Shown: positions 34,233 to 44,276 of the stretch, piece by piece
Numbering within the stretch: the stretch's first letter is position 1
How the letters are laid out: the number at the start of each line of letters is the position of its first letter
DNA from: a virus
IMG/VR virus record: IMGVR_UViG_3300045007_000250
Span: 22,921 to 86,920 of that record
Strand: one strand, 5' to 3'
DNA length: 64,000 nucleotides
Program-made: the position numbers and the translations under genes
The notes under the pieces: generated by a model
Told to the model about the DNA's origin: nothing
The model's input: the letters and a program-made list of their open reading frames with translations, nothing else
The model's database searches: none

Positions 34233-36305
34233 ATGAAAGATCGGTTTGAGTTCGATCTGACTGTGTGGAAGGCTGACCAACGCGACGGTAAGCCTTGCTT
34301 GCTCATCTACGCCACTGACACTGCGGACGACCGGCATGGCGACAACTGCACTCTCGCGTGTCTTGAAGGCTTGCAGAAGCAGATTCGGGATGGCGGGATA
34401 GAAATTCTCAATTCCCATCACGACGCGGTGGGTCTTGGACAAGCGGTTGATGCCCATATTGTTGACGCGGAACAGTTTGATTTCCGCTTGAAGGGCGAGC
34501 GTGCCCTTTTGGTGGATACGATTTTGGACCCCCACGATCCGCGGGCGATCAAGCTCTTCGAGAAGGCACAGCAGAGCACCCCTGAGAATCCTCTGATTCG
34601 TTTTTCCATCGGTGGCGAATTGAACAAGGCCAATCCACGGCGCGTTCTTTGGAAGACTGGCGGTGGCAGGCAACTCAACGACATGGTTCTTGACCACATC
34701 ACCGCTTGCCGTCCCCTCAAAGCCTCTAACACACGCACACACATTGCCGAAGCCGTTTTCAAGACGTTGGAATACCCGGAAAGCGATCCGGGGTCCGTCG
34801 TTTTGGCGGACAATGTGGCTGCGGACAAGGACAAAACCATGCCCCCTGACTCCTTCGTTGCGGCACTCCGAAAGTTGGCTTTCGGTGACGGCGTGGAAAA
34901 GGCTCTCTCCACCGCGTACTTTGAGGGCGAGAGCGGCCCCGCGGGGAAGGGGGAGAATGAGCATGTTCACCAGTTCACCGCCCGTTTGAATGCGGACGGT
35001 GGTACGGTGATCGGCATGACGCAGAATTGGTCTGCCGGGGATCGTCATTCGCACATGATTGATCTCATGGGTGACGACGATCCCGTGACTTCCGGCCCAT
35101 CTCGCGGTTTTCAGCATTTTCACGCCTTGGAAATGCCGACTGTTCGCCAATTGACCCAAGCGGAGTATGAAAAGACCGTGGCGGCCCTGGTTGCGGAAGA
35201 CCCCAATGCCACCGTCTTGCAGGTTGACCCTGCGGACTTGGAGAAGTTGGCCCCGGCGGTGGAGCCTGCTCCTGTGGACGTGGCGGCGAAGAAGGCCGAG
35301 GACGACGAAGAGCCGGATGAGGATGAGCCGGAAACCAAGGCAGCGATGGGCTTTTTCAAGACCATGATCCAAAAGCTCCGGCACAAGGAACCACCCACTC
35401 CGCTTGTCCTGTTGAAGCAGACGGCGAGCTATCTCACGCCCGAAGCCGTTGCGAAAGACGGTTTCGACGCGGTGGTGGGCGGAACCATCGAAGTTCTCCG
35501 AAAGGTTCTGGCGGCTGCTCCGGCGGATCGTGAGAGCCTTACCGTGCGTGCGGCCAAGACCATTTCTGTGTTGGAAGCCGCCGCTACCGGTACCGAGCTT
35601 CCGAAAGAAGCCGTTGGAGCTTTGGTGGATGCTTTCGCCAAGCATACCAATTCCGCACCGGACGGCCCGACTGCTCCCCCGGCGGAGGCCAGTGGCGGCG
35701 GTAAGTCGGAAGTATTGGAAGGTGAAGCCGGGGAGAAGGCCAAAGAAGAAATGCCCGCGGGTGGTTTCGCGGGTGCGGAGAATGCAACGAAACCCGCTCC
35801 GGTTGGGGGCGGCGAAGAGGATGAGGGAGTGCCCGACATGAAGAGGGAAGAACTATTGGCGGCTCTGAAAGAGTTTGCGGCGGAGCAGACCGTGGCAATC
35901 GTGAAAGGCGTCACGGACGCCTTCCGCAAAGACGGGTTGCTCCCTGCGAAAGACAATCAGACGGAAACCCCGGCTTCGGGGGCAACCTCGAAAGAGGCCC
36001 CTCCGGCGACCGAGACACCGGTTTCCAAAGAGGCGGCTCCGGCGGCTCCGGCACAAGCCGAGACTCTTACGGCCCCGGCGGACGCGCAGAAGGACGGCGG
36101 CGAAGTCGAAGCGTTGAGGGCGACATTGGACACGGTTCTCAAGACCGTGGACGGTCTCAATGCGACGGTACAGCGGTTGTCCAACGCTCCGGCGGCTCCG
36201 CGCAACATCGCGGGGCAGGATGGCCCGGCCACGCCCCCGCAGGCGAAGAGGGGTGTCTTTTCCGGCGCTCTTTTCCGCGGGGACAAGCCCTCGGCCAAGG
36301 CGTAA
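34233..36305 (+). CDS. Prohead protease fused to scaffold
   Basis: HK97-type protease motifs D..GD, NSHH, FSIGG and LDHIT; low-complexity and coiled-coil C-terminus. Confidence 0.8.
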   Translation: MKDRFEFDLTVWKADQRDGKPCLLIYATDTADDRHGDNCTLACLEGLQKQIRDGGIEILNSHHDAVGLGQAVDAHIVDAEQFDFRLKGERALLVDTILDPHDPRAIKLFEKAQQSTPENPLIRFSIGGELNKANPRRVLWKTGGGRQLNDMVLDHITACRPLKASNTRTHIAEAVFKTLEYPESDPGSVVLADNVAADKDKTMPPDSFVAALRKLAFGDGVEKALSTAYFEGESGPAGKGENEHVHQFTARLNADGGTVIGMTQNWSAGDRHSHMIDLMGDDDPVTSGPSRGFQHFHALEMPTVRQLTQAEYEKTVAALVAEDPNATVLQVDPADLEKLAPAVEPAPVDVAAKKAEDDEEPDEDEPETKAAMGFFKTMIQKLRHKEPPTPLVLLKQTASYLTPEAVAKDGFDAVVGGTIEVLRKVLAAAPADRESLTVRAAKTISVLEAAATGTELPKEAVGALVDAFAKHTNSAPDGPTAPPAEASGGGKSEVLEGEAGEKAKEEMPAGGFAGAENATKPAPVGGGEEDEGVPDMKREELLAALKEFAAEQTVAIVKGVTDAFRKDGLLPAKDNQTETPASGATSKEAPPATETPVSKEAAPAAPAQAETLTAPADAQKDGGEVEALRATLDTVLKTVDGLNATVQRLSNAPAAPRNIAGQDGPATPPQAKRGVFSGALFRGDKPSAKA

Positions 36306-36360
36306 GGGTTGCCGCGTAAGCGGCGTGAACAATCATCTCGTTTTGTGAAGGAGTGCTATA

Positions 36361-37674
36361 ATGCCCCCGAAAACCGACAATCAGGAGTTGATCGAAAAAA
36401 CGATCACGACTGACATGCTTTTGACTGGCGGACGTTTGAATCCGGCCCAACAGGATGCCTTCGTGCAGTTGGTCAAGGACACGTCCGTTCTCTTGCAGAA
36501 AGTCCGCTTCGAGCGGATGGCGACGGCTCGCAAGCAGATCGACAAGGCGTACATCGGCGAGCCTGTCACCCGTGGTGTGGCTGAAAACGCCGCCACCGCG
36601 GTCAACGCTCGCGCCGTGTTCGACCAGATCACCCTCAACGCGACCAAGGTGAAGTCGGATTGGTCCATCACCACCGAGACCTTGCAGGAAAACATCGAAG
36701 GGGATGCTTTCGAGGACACCCTGATGAGCATGATGACCAAGCGGATCAGCACCGACTTGGAATTGCTCGCCATTCAGGGCGACGTGACCCTTCCGGGTGG
36801 TACGGTGCTCAACAACCTGCTCAGCACGCTGGACGGATGGGACAAGAAATCCCTTGCTGCGCACATCGTTGACGCCAACGGCTCCGGGATCACCAAGGAA
36901 ATCTTTGCTCGCGCCATGCGCCGGATGCCGGAACAGTACATGCAAGACCCCGATCTTGTGTGGCTGACTCCGCGTGCGGTGGCGACGGATTGGGCGGAGC
37001 AGGTCGCGGCCCGCGAAACTGCGGCTGGTGATGACGCTCTCAAGGGCAACACGCTCATGCCCTATGGCTTCCCCATGCTGATCGTGCCGAATCTCCCGGC
37101 GCGGAAGTCTTTGGCGGTTGCGACGGCGACCCCGGCCCTCTGGCTCGGCACACAGTTTGCTCCGTTCGAGATCACTGCGGGCGTGAACGACCGGCTGACC
37201 ATCAACGTCAACGCCATCGGCAATCAGGCGTTGGTTCTCACGGCGGGCGTCTATACCGTCGTGGAGTTCATTGCGATGTTCATGGCGAAGCTGGCGACGG
37301 CTTCCCCGGCGAGCGCGGCGGCGTTGCAGTGTTACGATGATGGACAGGGGCGGCTGGTGTTGCAGACCATTGCCACCGGTGCGGCCACGTCCATCGAGTT
37401 CGTGGCGGTGGCTCTCAACTGCTACGCGGAGATCGGTGTCACGGCGGCTTCGCACACGGGCGCGGCGGCGGGCAGTGGCACGACCAACGACGGCACGATC
37501 CTGTTGCTCACCAACCTCAAGAACCTGATCTTCGGGATGGTGGATGACACGCGCATCTACTCCGAGTACAACAAGGACTACGACCGCTACGAGTTCGTGG
37601 TTTACAACCAAGTCGCGGTCGAGATCGAAAACACCGAAGCCGTGGTGAAGGTCATCAACCTGAAACGCGGCTAG
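36361..37674 (+). CDS. Major capsid protein (HK97 fold) with insertion domain
   Basis: GGRLNP.Q...F, LQENIEG..FE, DLELLAIQGD and LTN.KNLIFG; position in the head module. Confidence 0.9.
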   Translation: MPPKTDNQELIEKTITTDMLLTGGRLNPAQQDAFVQLVKDTSVLLQKVRFERMATARKQIDKAYIGEPVTRGVAENAATAVNARAVFDQITLNATKVKSDWSITTETLQENIEGDAFEDTLMSMMTKRISTDLELLAIQGDVTLPGGTVLNNLLSTLDGWDKKSLAAHIVDANGSGITKEIFARAMRRMPEQYMQDPDLVWLTPRAVATDWAEQVAARETAAGDDALKGNTLMPYGFPMLIVPNLPARKSLAVATATPALWLGTQFAPFEITAGVNDRLTINVNAIGNQALVLTAGVYTVVEFIAMFMAKLATASPASAAALQCYDDGQGRLVLQTIATGAATSIEFVAVALNCYAEIGVTAASHTGAAAGSGTTNDGTILLLTNLKNLIFGMVDDTRIYSEYNKDYDRYEFVVYNQVAVEIENTEAVVKVINLKRG

Positions 37675-37712
37675 GCGTTGCTCTCCGCAGAGGCGGGGGC
37701 GGGGCGTGACGG

Positions 37713-38309
37713 ATGGACGAGGGAATGATGGCTCCGATCTACTTTGACACGATGGGCGGGCGCGTGTCGTTTGCCTGTCGTTTCAGCCGGAATGTCTATC
37801 GCTTCTACGAAGGGCAACCGGAGTTGAATCCCGTGACGAATCCGCATGACGTGGATGAGTTGCGGCAGTGCCCGGACCTGGTGGAAGTGACGCAGATTGA
37901 AGGCGGACGGTGGGTACGGCGTCCCGCCCCCGGTGTACGTCCGCGGCGGACGGTGATGACTTCGGACACTCTGGCGCAGCCCACACCCGTACCGATCACG
38001 GTAGCTGGGGTGGAGAGTTCGGCGAGTGTGCAGCCGACTTTGGTGGGGAATGGCGACACTCACCCCCTAGCGGTAGCGTTGGCGGAAGAGCCGGTGGGGG
38101 AAAGGAAAGAGGAGATTGCGGAAGAGCCGGGGGTGGAAACACCCCCGGTTTCTCCGGTTCTTGGAGAAGAGCCGGTGGGGGGAGTGCAAGCGGAACCTGA
38201 TTCCGCTGGTGTCGTGGGAAGCGACGACATCCCAAAGGATGCCGCGGTAATCCCCGCTCCCACCATCAAAGTCAGAGTGGCGAAGGACAAGAAGCCAAAG
38301 GATGAATAA
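37713..38309 (+). CDS. Hypothetical head-associated protein
   Basis: Follows the capsid gene; acidic, Pro-rich tail. Confidence 0.6.
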   Translation: MDEGMMAPIYFDTMGGRVSFACRFSRNVYRFYEGQPELNPVTNPHDVDELRQCPDLVEVTQIEGGRWVRRPAPGVRPRRTVMTSDTLAQPTPVPITVAGVESSASVQPTLVGNGDTHPLAVALAEEPVGERKEEIAEEPGVETPPVSPVLGEEPVGGVQAEPDSAGVVGSDDIPKDAAVIPAPTIKVRVAKDKKPKDE

Positions 38310-38311
38310 GT

Positions 38312-39385
38312 GTGCGTCCAAAATTCCGATACGCCACACTTCCCGAAGTCAAGCGGCGGATAATTCCGACTGCTCTCACTGATCCTGACCCCGATATTTC
38401 CGACGCGGACATTCTCAAGATCATCGAAGCTGTGTCCGCGGCGCTCAATGAGTGGACGCAGCAGTTCTTTCAGCCCGTTCCTGAGTTGGTAAGGGTTTCG
38501 GGGCAGGGCGATCAAGTGTTGTCGCATCCCTCTGTGGTGCCCATTCTTGCCATTTTACAGATGGCTGGATTGCCGGTGCGCGGTTACGGGGAATTTCGGG
38601 GCAGTGAGAGGATCGTCCCGTTTTCCAACGACTACCCGGAAATTCTTTATGAAGGCTTGGTGTACCCGCCTCAGTACGGGCAAGCTCTAAATCAAACTGG
38701 AAGTGGCCTTGTCGCGTGGGAGCGTGGGAAACGGCATGTCCGTATGCTTTCCCGGCGCGGCGGGTTTGTTCGTGGGTACGCCAATGTGGAGATGACGGGG
38801 TGGTACGGGTGGCTTGAGGGGTACAAGTCGGTGAGCATGACCCTTTCCACTGCCATCGCGGTCAACACGTCCGTCAGTACCATTCATGTCAATCAGATCG
38901 TGGACCCCACCAGCGGTGATTTCTTGCAGGTTGGGGATACCGTTGCCATCTATTTGCAGGAGCCGGTAGGTGCGCTGATCCCGTCCGCAGTGGAGTTTGC
39001 GATTGTGCAAGCGATTGCAGACCATGTGGGCGGTGGCTATGATTTGACGGTGGACCCCATTTCTAAGTACCCGTTTTCTCTGCCGATTGGGACTAAGGTG
39101 CTGTCCCTTGGAGCGGTTCCGCGAGGTTTGGCGGAAGTGGCGCAGTACCTTGTGGCCAAAGAAGTGATCGCGCTTTCGGATTCTCTCACTGGTGGTTCTT
39201 CTGGTGGTGGGAGTAGTGGTCCTCTCATTTCCGAATCGGTTGACAACTATTCGTACACGCTGGCCGACACTTCAAGTAGCGGTGGTACGAGCAAAGGTGC
39301 GTTGGGACTCATTACCGGCTCCGTGCGGCATGATTTACTTTTACGTGAGTTTGTCCGTCCGCAGGTGAGCATTTCGTGGTGGTAG
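38312..39385 (+). CDS. Head-tail adaptor
   Basis: YATLPEVK.. N-terminus, NVE.TG.YGW and SESVDNYSYT. Confidence 0.7.
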   Translation: MRPKFRYATLPEVKRRIIPTALTDPDPDISDADILKIIEAVSAALNEWTQQFFQPVPELVRVSGQGDQVLSHPSVVPILAILQMAGLPVRGYGEFRGSERIVPFSNDYPEILYEGLVYPPQYGQALNQTGSGLVAWERGKRHVRMLSRRGGFVRGYANVEMTGWYGWLEGYKSVSMTLSTAIAVNTSVSTIHVNQIVDPTSGDFLQVGDTVAIYLQEPVGALIPSAVEFAIVQAIADHVGGGYDLTVDPISKYPFSLPIGTKVLSLGAVPRGLAEVAQYLVAKEVIALSDSLTGGSSGGGSSGPLISESVDNYSYTLADTSSSGGTSKGALGLITGSVRHDLLLREFVRPQVSISWW

Positions 39386-39388
39386 CGA

Positions 39389-39802
39389 ATGTCGGTGCCG
39401 ATGCGCATGAATCTGGTGGACGTGGAGTACACTCCTTTGTTGAGCGGGGCTCAACAAACTATGGATTCCGACTTCAACGAACCGCGCACTGGCGCTCGGC
39501 GTCAATACGGAGCCGCTGTTTCGGCGAAGTCACAGGTAGTGTGGGGTCAGCGGCATCGTCGGGATGCGAGCGTGACCGGTGATCCGGCGAATGCGACCGG
39601 ACACCTGTGTTTGAGCGTAAAGGCAATGACGGCGGGTGGGTGGGTGTTCTCGAAGGGAGACCTCATCACGAAGATTGCCGGGGTTGCTCAAAATTTGGAA
39701 GTGATCGAAGTGCGACCGGTTGGACATTTGAATGGCAAAAGCAATCTGACTCTGGTATTCTTCGGGAACAATGAAGACACGAATCCCAACGTGCGGGGGT
39801 GA
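39389..39802 (+). CDS. Head closure/stopper-like protein
   Basis: DSDFNEP and KGDLI motifs; position. Confidence 0.6.
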   Translation: MSVPMRMNLVDVEYTPLLSGAQQTMDSDFNEPRTGARRQYGAAVSAKSQVVWGQRHRRDASVTGDPANATGHLCLSVKAMTAGGWVFSKGDLITKIAGVAQNLEVIEVRPVGHLNGKSNLTLVFFGNNEDTNPNVRG

Positions 39803-39805
39803 GTG

Positions 39806-40159
39806 ATGCAACAGTGGACTCATCGGGTTGGTGCCGGGTCTCAGATGGATGGGACGGCGGGCAAGGGTGGTTTCACCGAAGCGCAGGAGATGTATAGGGC
39901 GCAAGGGCACTACTTGATGCAGGTGGTCCTTCGCGTCGGCGCGTCGGTGCTGGTCAAGGATGTGGAAGTGTATCTTCGTACCGCTTTTGGCGACGTTCCG
40001 GTGATTGCTACCACCGTTGCCGCGGTGGACGAATACTACTTTCTCAGCGATTTTACCATGTATGCGGGGCCGGGCGAGTATTTCGTGGTGACGACGGACC
40101 ACTGTGTAACGGAAGTCTTCGCTTCCATTTACACCGTTGGCACCGTGGCGGAGTGGTGA
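39806..40159 (+). CDS. Hypothetical neck-region protein
   Basis: Co-oriented ORF in the structural module. Confidence 0.6.
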   Translation: MQQWTHRVGAGSQMDGTAGKGGFTEAQEMYRAQGHYLMQVVLRVGASVLVKDVEVYLRTAFGDVPVIATTVAAVDEYYFLSDFTMYAGPGEYFVVTTDHCVTEVFASIYTVGTVAEW

Positions 40160-40208
40160 CGTGACTCAGATTCTCCTTTTCACTGAGTTTCCGGCGTAGG
40201 GGTTTTGA

Positions 40209-42167
40209 ATGGCGACCATTACGATTACTCTGCTTGCCGGTGCGGGTACTCCGCCACTTGATTTTCAGGTGGGCGATCAGGTGGGGCTTGAGGCCACTGG
40301 TGGTGCTGGGGGTGGTTTGTCCACCCCGACGTACTTGTGGACCTTCGTGGATAAGCCCGCGGCTTCTGCGGCGGTTCTAAATAACGCCACGTCTCAAAAT
40401 GCCGATTTCACGGTGGATGTGGAAGGCACCTACTTGGTGCAGGTCGTGGTGGACGGGTACGATATGACCCGCGCCGCCGCGGGTTGTCCCTTGGTAGTTA
40501 TCGGGCCTTCCGTGCTTCGTCCCCCTGCTATTGGCGAGATGGTAGAAGCGAACATGGTGACGGGATGGGGCAGGGAGTTTCAAAATCTCTTCTACTTGAT
40601 GGGCACCGTTTCTTCCATCCTGTCGTCTCTTTTCGCTAGCGGGCGTTCTCCCGGCGATCCGCCGGTGTATTTCGTGGATTCGGTGGGCGGGGACGACGTG
40701 ACCGGGGATGGGAGTTTTGCCCTTCCTTGGCAGACGGTGGGCTACGCGGTCTCTCAATGTCCGGTGGCTCCTGCTGATACCCGCGCTATTCTTTGCCTTT
40801 TTTCTGGTACGCATGATCTTGGTTCGGGAGTTGGTTTTTCCGATCAGGCTATTTCTTTTGTGGGTTTGGGTGGGAGCCGCAACGATGTGAGGATGGAAGC
40901 CACTTCTATTCCGGGCGGAAACGCCATCACCCTGTCCGGCGAAACTTGGCCCGACGGTTCGGTGATGTTCTACAATCTCACTATTGAAAACTTGACCACC
41001 GGTGGAAATGAATCCGCCGTATTTTTTGATGCCGCCTATCGTACCACCAATCCGGCTTTTTTCGTGGATTGTATGTTGCGTGGGGACTACGCTTTCAATA
41101 CCAACATGGGGGTCGGAGCGCCCGGAAGTCGTGAAGGTTATTTCATTTTTAGCGGGTGTACCACGAGTAGGATTCGTTTCTATCGTGACCCAGCCTGCGC
41201 TTTCAGTTCCGTATTTGTTGGGCTACTTATAAATTGCCTTGGTTTATCTTCTCTGATTGTTGACGATCAGCCGTCATACGTTGGTGGGCAACGCCAGATT
41301 TATCTTAGTGGTTCGGCTTTTCAAGAGGTCGAAGAGACGCCTCAAAATCTCACTCCAATCGTTTCCGTCTTGGTTGGTCAGAATGCTCGCACACATCGAA
41401 TGACGCAGCCGGGTGGGAGCGGCGTACAGACCTTTACAACTGGCTTGGAGCCGGTGCAGCTTGGAGCCGGTGAGATTTGTCCGATTATTGGTGTTGGTGG
41501 GGGTGCGGTGGACATTGCCGCCATGCCGGTGCCGCGGCATTTCGGGGATCGAATCATTCTGCTTGCAACCGGTGACTACGATCATCGTGTGCGTTTGACC
41601 AACCTCACTACGGATGTTACTTTGGAAGGATGGGAGCCGTGGCAGGGGTACGACAACGCCATGATCTGTTTCGAGTGGATGCCCACCGATCTTTTGGGAG
41701 CCGGTGTTTGGCGCGAGATGTGGCGTAAAACCGGTTTCGGGCGTGTCGGTACTGTGGGATTTCATCTGCTCGGTTCTTGTGATGTGGATTTGAAAGCCGT
41801 GACTGCGGGCAATCTCGTGTTGGAGATTCCTGAGACGATTAGCAATGTCATGCTCTGTGCCATGATGTTGATATACGACGCGGATGCTCCGAACGGTGAC
41901 GCCATCGTGCAGTGCGGTGTGTCCGGCGGTGTGGGCACGGAGCTTTTCGGTCCTACCACCCTTGTCGGTGTAGTGGACGGGGACGTGTGGTTTTGGGACT
42001 TGTATCCGGCGGGCATGGTTCCCGCCGGTGGCGGTATTCTTCCTGCGGACGTGGGGATTTTCAAAGGTCCGAAAGTGCTTACGATGGATGTGACGCAGGC
42101 GGATACCGGCGGTATCACCATGCGTGGCCTTTTGATGCTCTTTGGTATGAACCTGTGGGGCGCGTGA
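40209..42167 (+). CDS. Putative collar/neck appendage protein with PKD-like and beta-helix domains
   Basis: TYLWTF..KPA.S.A.L..F.VDVEGTY.VQ (PKD-like); YFVDS.GGDD..GDGS...PWQT...A (start typical of beta-helix proteins). Confidence 0.65.
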   Translation: MATITITLLAGAGTPPLDFQVGDQVGLEATGGAGGGLSTPTYLWTFVDKPAASAAVLNNATSQNADFTVDVEGTYLVQVVVDGYDMTRAAAGCPLVVIGPSVLRPPAIGEMVEANMVTGWGREFQNLFYLMGTVSSILSSLFASGRSPGDPPVYFVDSVGGDDVTGDGSFALPWQTVGYAVSQCPVAPADTRAILCLFSGTHDLGSGVGFSDQAISFVGLGGSRNDVRMEATSIPGGNAITLSGETWPDGSVMFYNLTIENLTTGGNESAVFFDAAYRTTNPAFFVDCMLRGDYAFNTNMGVGAPGSREGYFIFSGCTTSRIRFYRDPACAFSSVFVGLLINCLGLSSLIVDDQPSYVGGQRQIYLSGSAFQEVEETPQNLTPIVSVLVGQNARTHRMTQPGGSGVQTFTTGLEPVQLGAGEICPIIGVGGGAVDIAAMPVPRHFGDRIILLATGDYDHRVRLTNLTTDVTLEGWEPWQGYDNAMICFEWMPTDLLGAGVWREMWRKTGFGRVGTVGFHLLGSCDVDLKAVTAGNLVLEIPETISNVMLCAMMLIYDADAPNGDAIVQCGVSGGVGTELFGPTTLVGVVDGDVWFWDLYPAGMVPAGGGILPADVGIFKGPKVLTMDVTQADTGGITMRGLLMLFGMNLWGA

Positions 42168-42643
42168 TGATTTTCGTGGAGTTCCAGATTGATGACCGGG
42201 GGTTGAAAAGGGCTCAGGAGATGCTTTCTCCGGTGCTCTGGAATCGCATCATTACGAAGGCCGCGTATGATACGACCCGTGACATGGCGGAGCTTTACCT
42301 GAGTCGAGTTCGCACGCGCATTCTTCAAGGGCGGGCGCTTGGACCGCCTCTTTCGGCGGGATGGGCGGCCCGGAAGGGCCACGATATTCCGTGGCTCTGG
42401 ACCGGATGGCTTCTTGCCCGTATGAATGTCCGGCGGGTGAGTGGCATGATGGTGTCTGCCGGATTTTCAAGCGGCCCGGCAGCGGAAGCGGCCTTGCGGT
42501 GTGAGTTGGGCACGGTCAAACAACCGGGGAGGCCGGTGTTTGAGCCGGAAGCAAAACAGCTTCGCCGTGAGCATGGTACCCTAAGACGGGTTGCCAGGAA
42601 GAATACTCTGAGCGCCGCACGACGGCATGGGATCAGGGTGTGA
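42167..42643 (+). CDS. Tail completion/virion morphogenesis protein
   Basis: PLS..W.ARKG...W.WTG and E.GT.KQPGRPVFEP. Confidence 0.7.
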   Translation: MIFVEFQIDDRGLKRAQEMLSPVLWNRIITKAAYDTTRDMAELYLSRVRTRILQGRALGPPLSAGWAARKGHDIPWLWTGWLLARMNVRRVSGMMVSAGFSSGPAAEAALRCELGTVKQPGRPVFEPEAKQLRREHGTLRRVARKNTLSAARRHGIRV

Positions 42644-43932
42644 TGCCCTACGCCATTCTCAGTTCAACCGCCATCGGAGCCGTTCGTGATGACGTGACGG
42701 CTTGGGCAATCAAGGGGATGGGTGTTGGGCTTCGTATTGATTACGGGAGTACCACGGGCACGTACCCTCTTTTTGATGAGACGGTGGTGCAGCTTCCCCC
42801 CTGGTCGGCGGAGATGTTCGATGGTTTTTGGGGGATCATGCCCCTTGTGCTCAATCTCTGCGATGACCCCACCACGGATACTGAAAAGCTCTACAAGGCG
42901 ATCCCGCAAGACAAGGGGGCCGTTGACTGCCGCATTTCTGTGGACGCTGGGGCGACGTGGCTTGTGTGGAAGGCTGGGGCGTGGACTATCGCGGGGGCCG
43001 GGGAGTGGACTTCGTTTTATGACTTGAACGCCCACCTTGGGGCCATTCCCTTCGTAGTGCGTCGTCTGCTCATGCGAGTGCGCTTGCGCAAGGGTACGGA
43101 TACCAAGATTGGCCCCATTTTCAAGGGCGTACAGTTGGGGTATGCCACCCTTCCCAACATGGCTTTTGAAGATGTGCAGCGGACTTTGATCCGATGGATG
43201 CGCACGGAGTTTGCCGTGCGTTTTCGGGAATCCTTTACGCTCCTTGCCGCGGCGAATACGGTTGACACCGGTAAAACGCTCTCCGTGAAGAGCGTGAAGC
43301 ACGCTTACAACCTGACCGCTGATCCTACCCGGCAGACCGATCTTGCGACTGGTGCCTTTTCGGGAACAGTTGTTAGCCTTTCAGCGGTGCAGGCGCTTGG
43401 GAGCGTCATTGAAGTGGAGTGGGACGCGGGGTTGCCGGATGACAGGATTATTTTGCAACGCCGGGATGCCGACTTTTTTCAGGAGTTGGCCGTGCATTCG
43501 CCTGCTCTGATCCTGCACGTTGCGCCGGGTGAAGAGGCGGACAAGGCCAAGGTGTCGGGACAGGTGGACACCATCAATTACGCTACGTCTTATTACTGGC
43601 GTGAACGCATGGCTACACCGGTGGATTACCGTATCATGGTGCGTGCTGTGGCCTCTTCCAATGCGGAAGGGCTGGCCACGCGACTTTGCAACGCTGCGCA
43701 CATGCTTTTCAAGGAGCGGTCGGAAACTCAATACCTGCCTACGGTTTATTTGGGATCGTACCTTGAGATCGTGGATTTCACTCCGGCTTTCGAGGACGAA
43801 AGTTTGGAAAAAGAAGGCTTGTCAATCAAACTCTTCTCCTGTATAATCTGCGCGAGAGAGTGGGCGGAGAGCGGGGTGCAAACTGGCCCGCTAGCGCGTG
43901 AGCACGAAATTCTTGTCGAGGAAATGGCATAA
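42640..43932 (+). CDS. Putative tail terminator/neck protein
   Basis: Position upstream of the sheath; C-terminal PVDYR.MV-type strand. Confidence 0.5.
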   Translation: MMPYAILSSTAIGAVRDDVTAWAIKGMGVGLRIDYGSTTGTYPLFDETVVQLPPWSAEMFDGFWGIMPLVLNLCDDPTTDTEKLYKAIPQDKGAVDCRISVDAGATWLVWKAGAWTIAGAGEWTSFYDLNAHLGAIPFVVRRLLMRVRLRKGTDTKIGPIFKGVQLGYATLPNMAFEDVQRTLIRWMRTEFAVRFRESFTLLAAANTVDTGKTLSVKSVKHAYNLTADPTRQTDLATGAFSGTVVSLSAVQALGSVIEVEWDAGLPDDRIILQRRDADFFQELAVHSPALILHVAPGEEADKAKVSGQVDTINYATSYYWRERMATPVDYRIMVRAVASSNAEGLATRLCNAAHMLFKERSETQYLPTVYLGSYLEIVDFTPAFEDESLEKEGLSIKLFSCIICAREWAESGVQTGPLAREHEILVEEMA

Positions 43933-44264
43933 TGGCTCTGAAACTCATCAACGACGGCAGGGGAAAAGGGCCACGCACGGTCAACGTCTTTGGGCCGGAT
44001 GGCCGTCTGATTCGTACCATCAACATGCAGACGGACGAAGCGGTGGCGATCACCGACGAAGAGGCGGAGTGTCAGGAAATTGCCGGGTACGTTCGTCGCG
44101 GTCTGATGCGTCTTACGACCGTCCGCGAGCCAATGCAGCCGTTTCCGGCTCCTGTGGTCGCATCGCCGCGTGAGGAAGCTCCGAAGGTTGACTTGGAGCG
44201 GAAAACGTCCATGAAAGTCAAAACTCCGTCGAAGAAGGAAGAGACGGAAGAGCCGAAAGAGTAG
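43932..44264 (+). CDS. Small pre-sheath protein
   Basis: TAATG coupling; charged C-terminus. Confidence 0.65.
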   Translation: MALKLINDGRGKGPRTVNVFGPDGRLIRTINMQTDEAVAITDEEAECQEIAGYVRRGLMRLTTVREPMQPFPAPVVASPREEAPKVDLERKTSMKVKTPSKKEETEEPKE

Positions 44265-44276
44265 GGGGACTGACCG

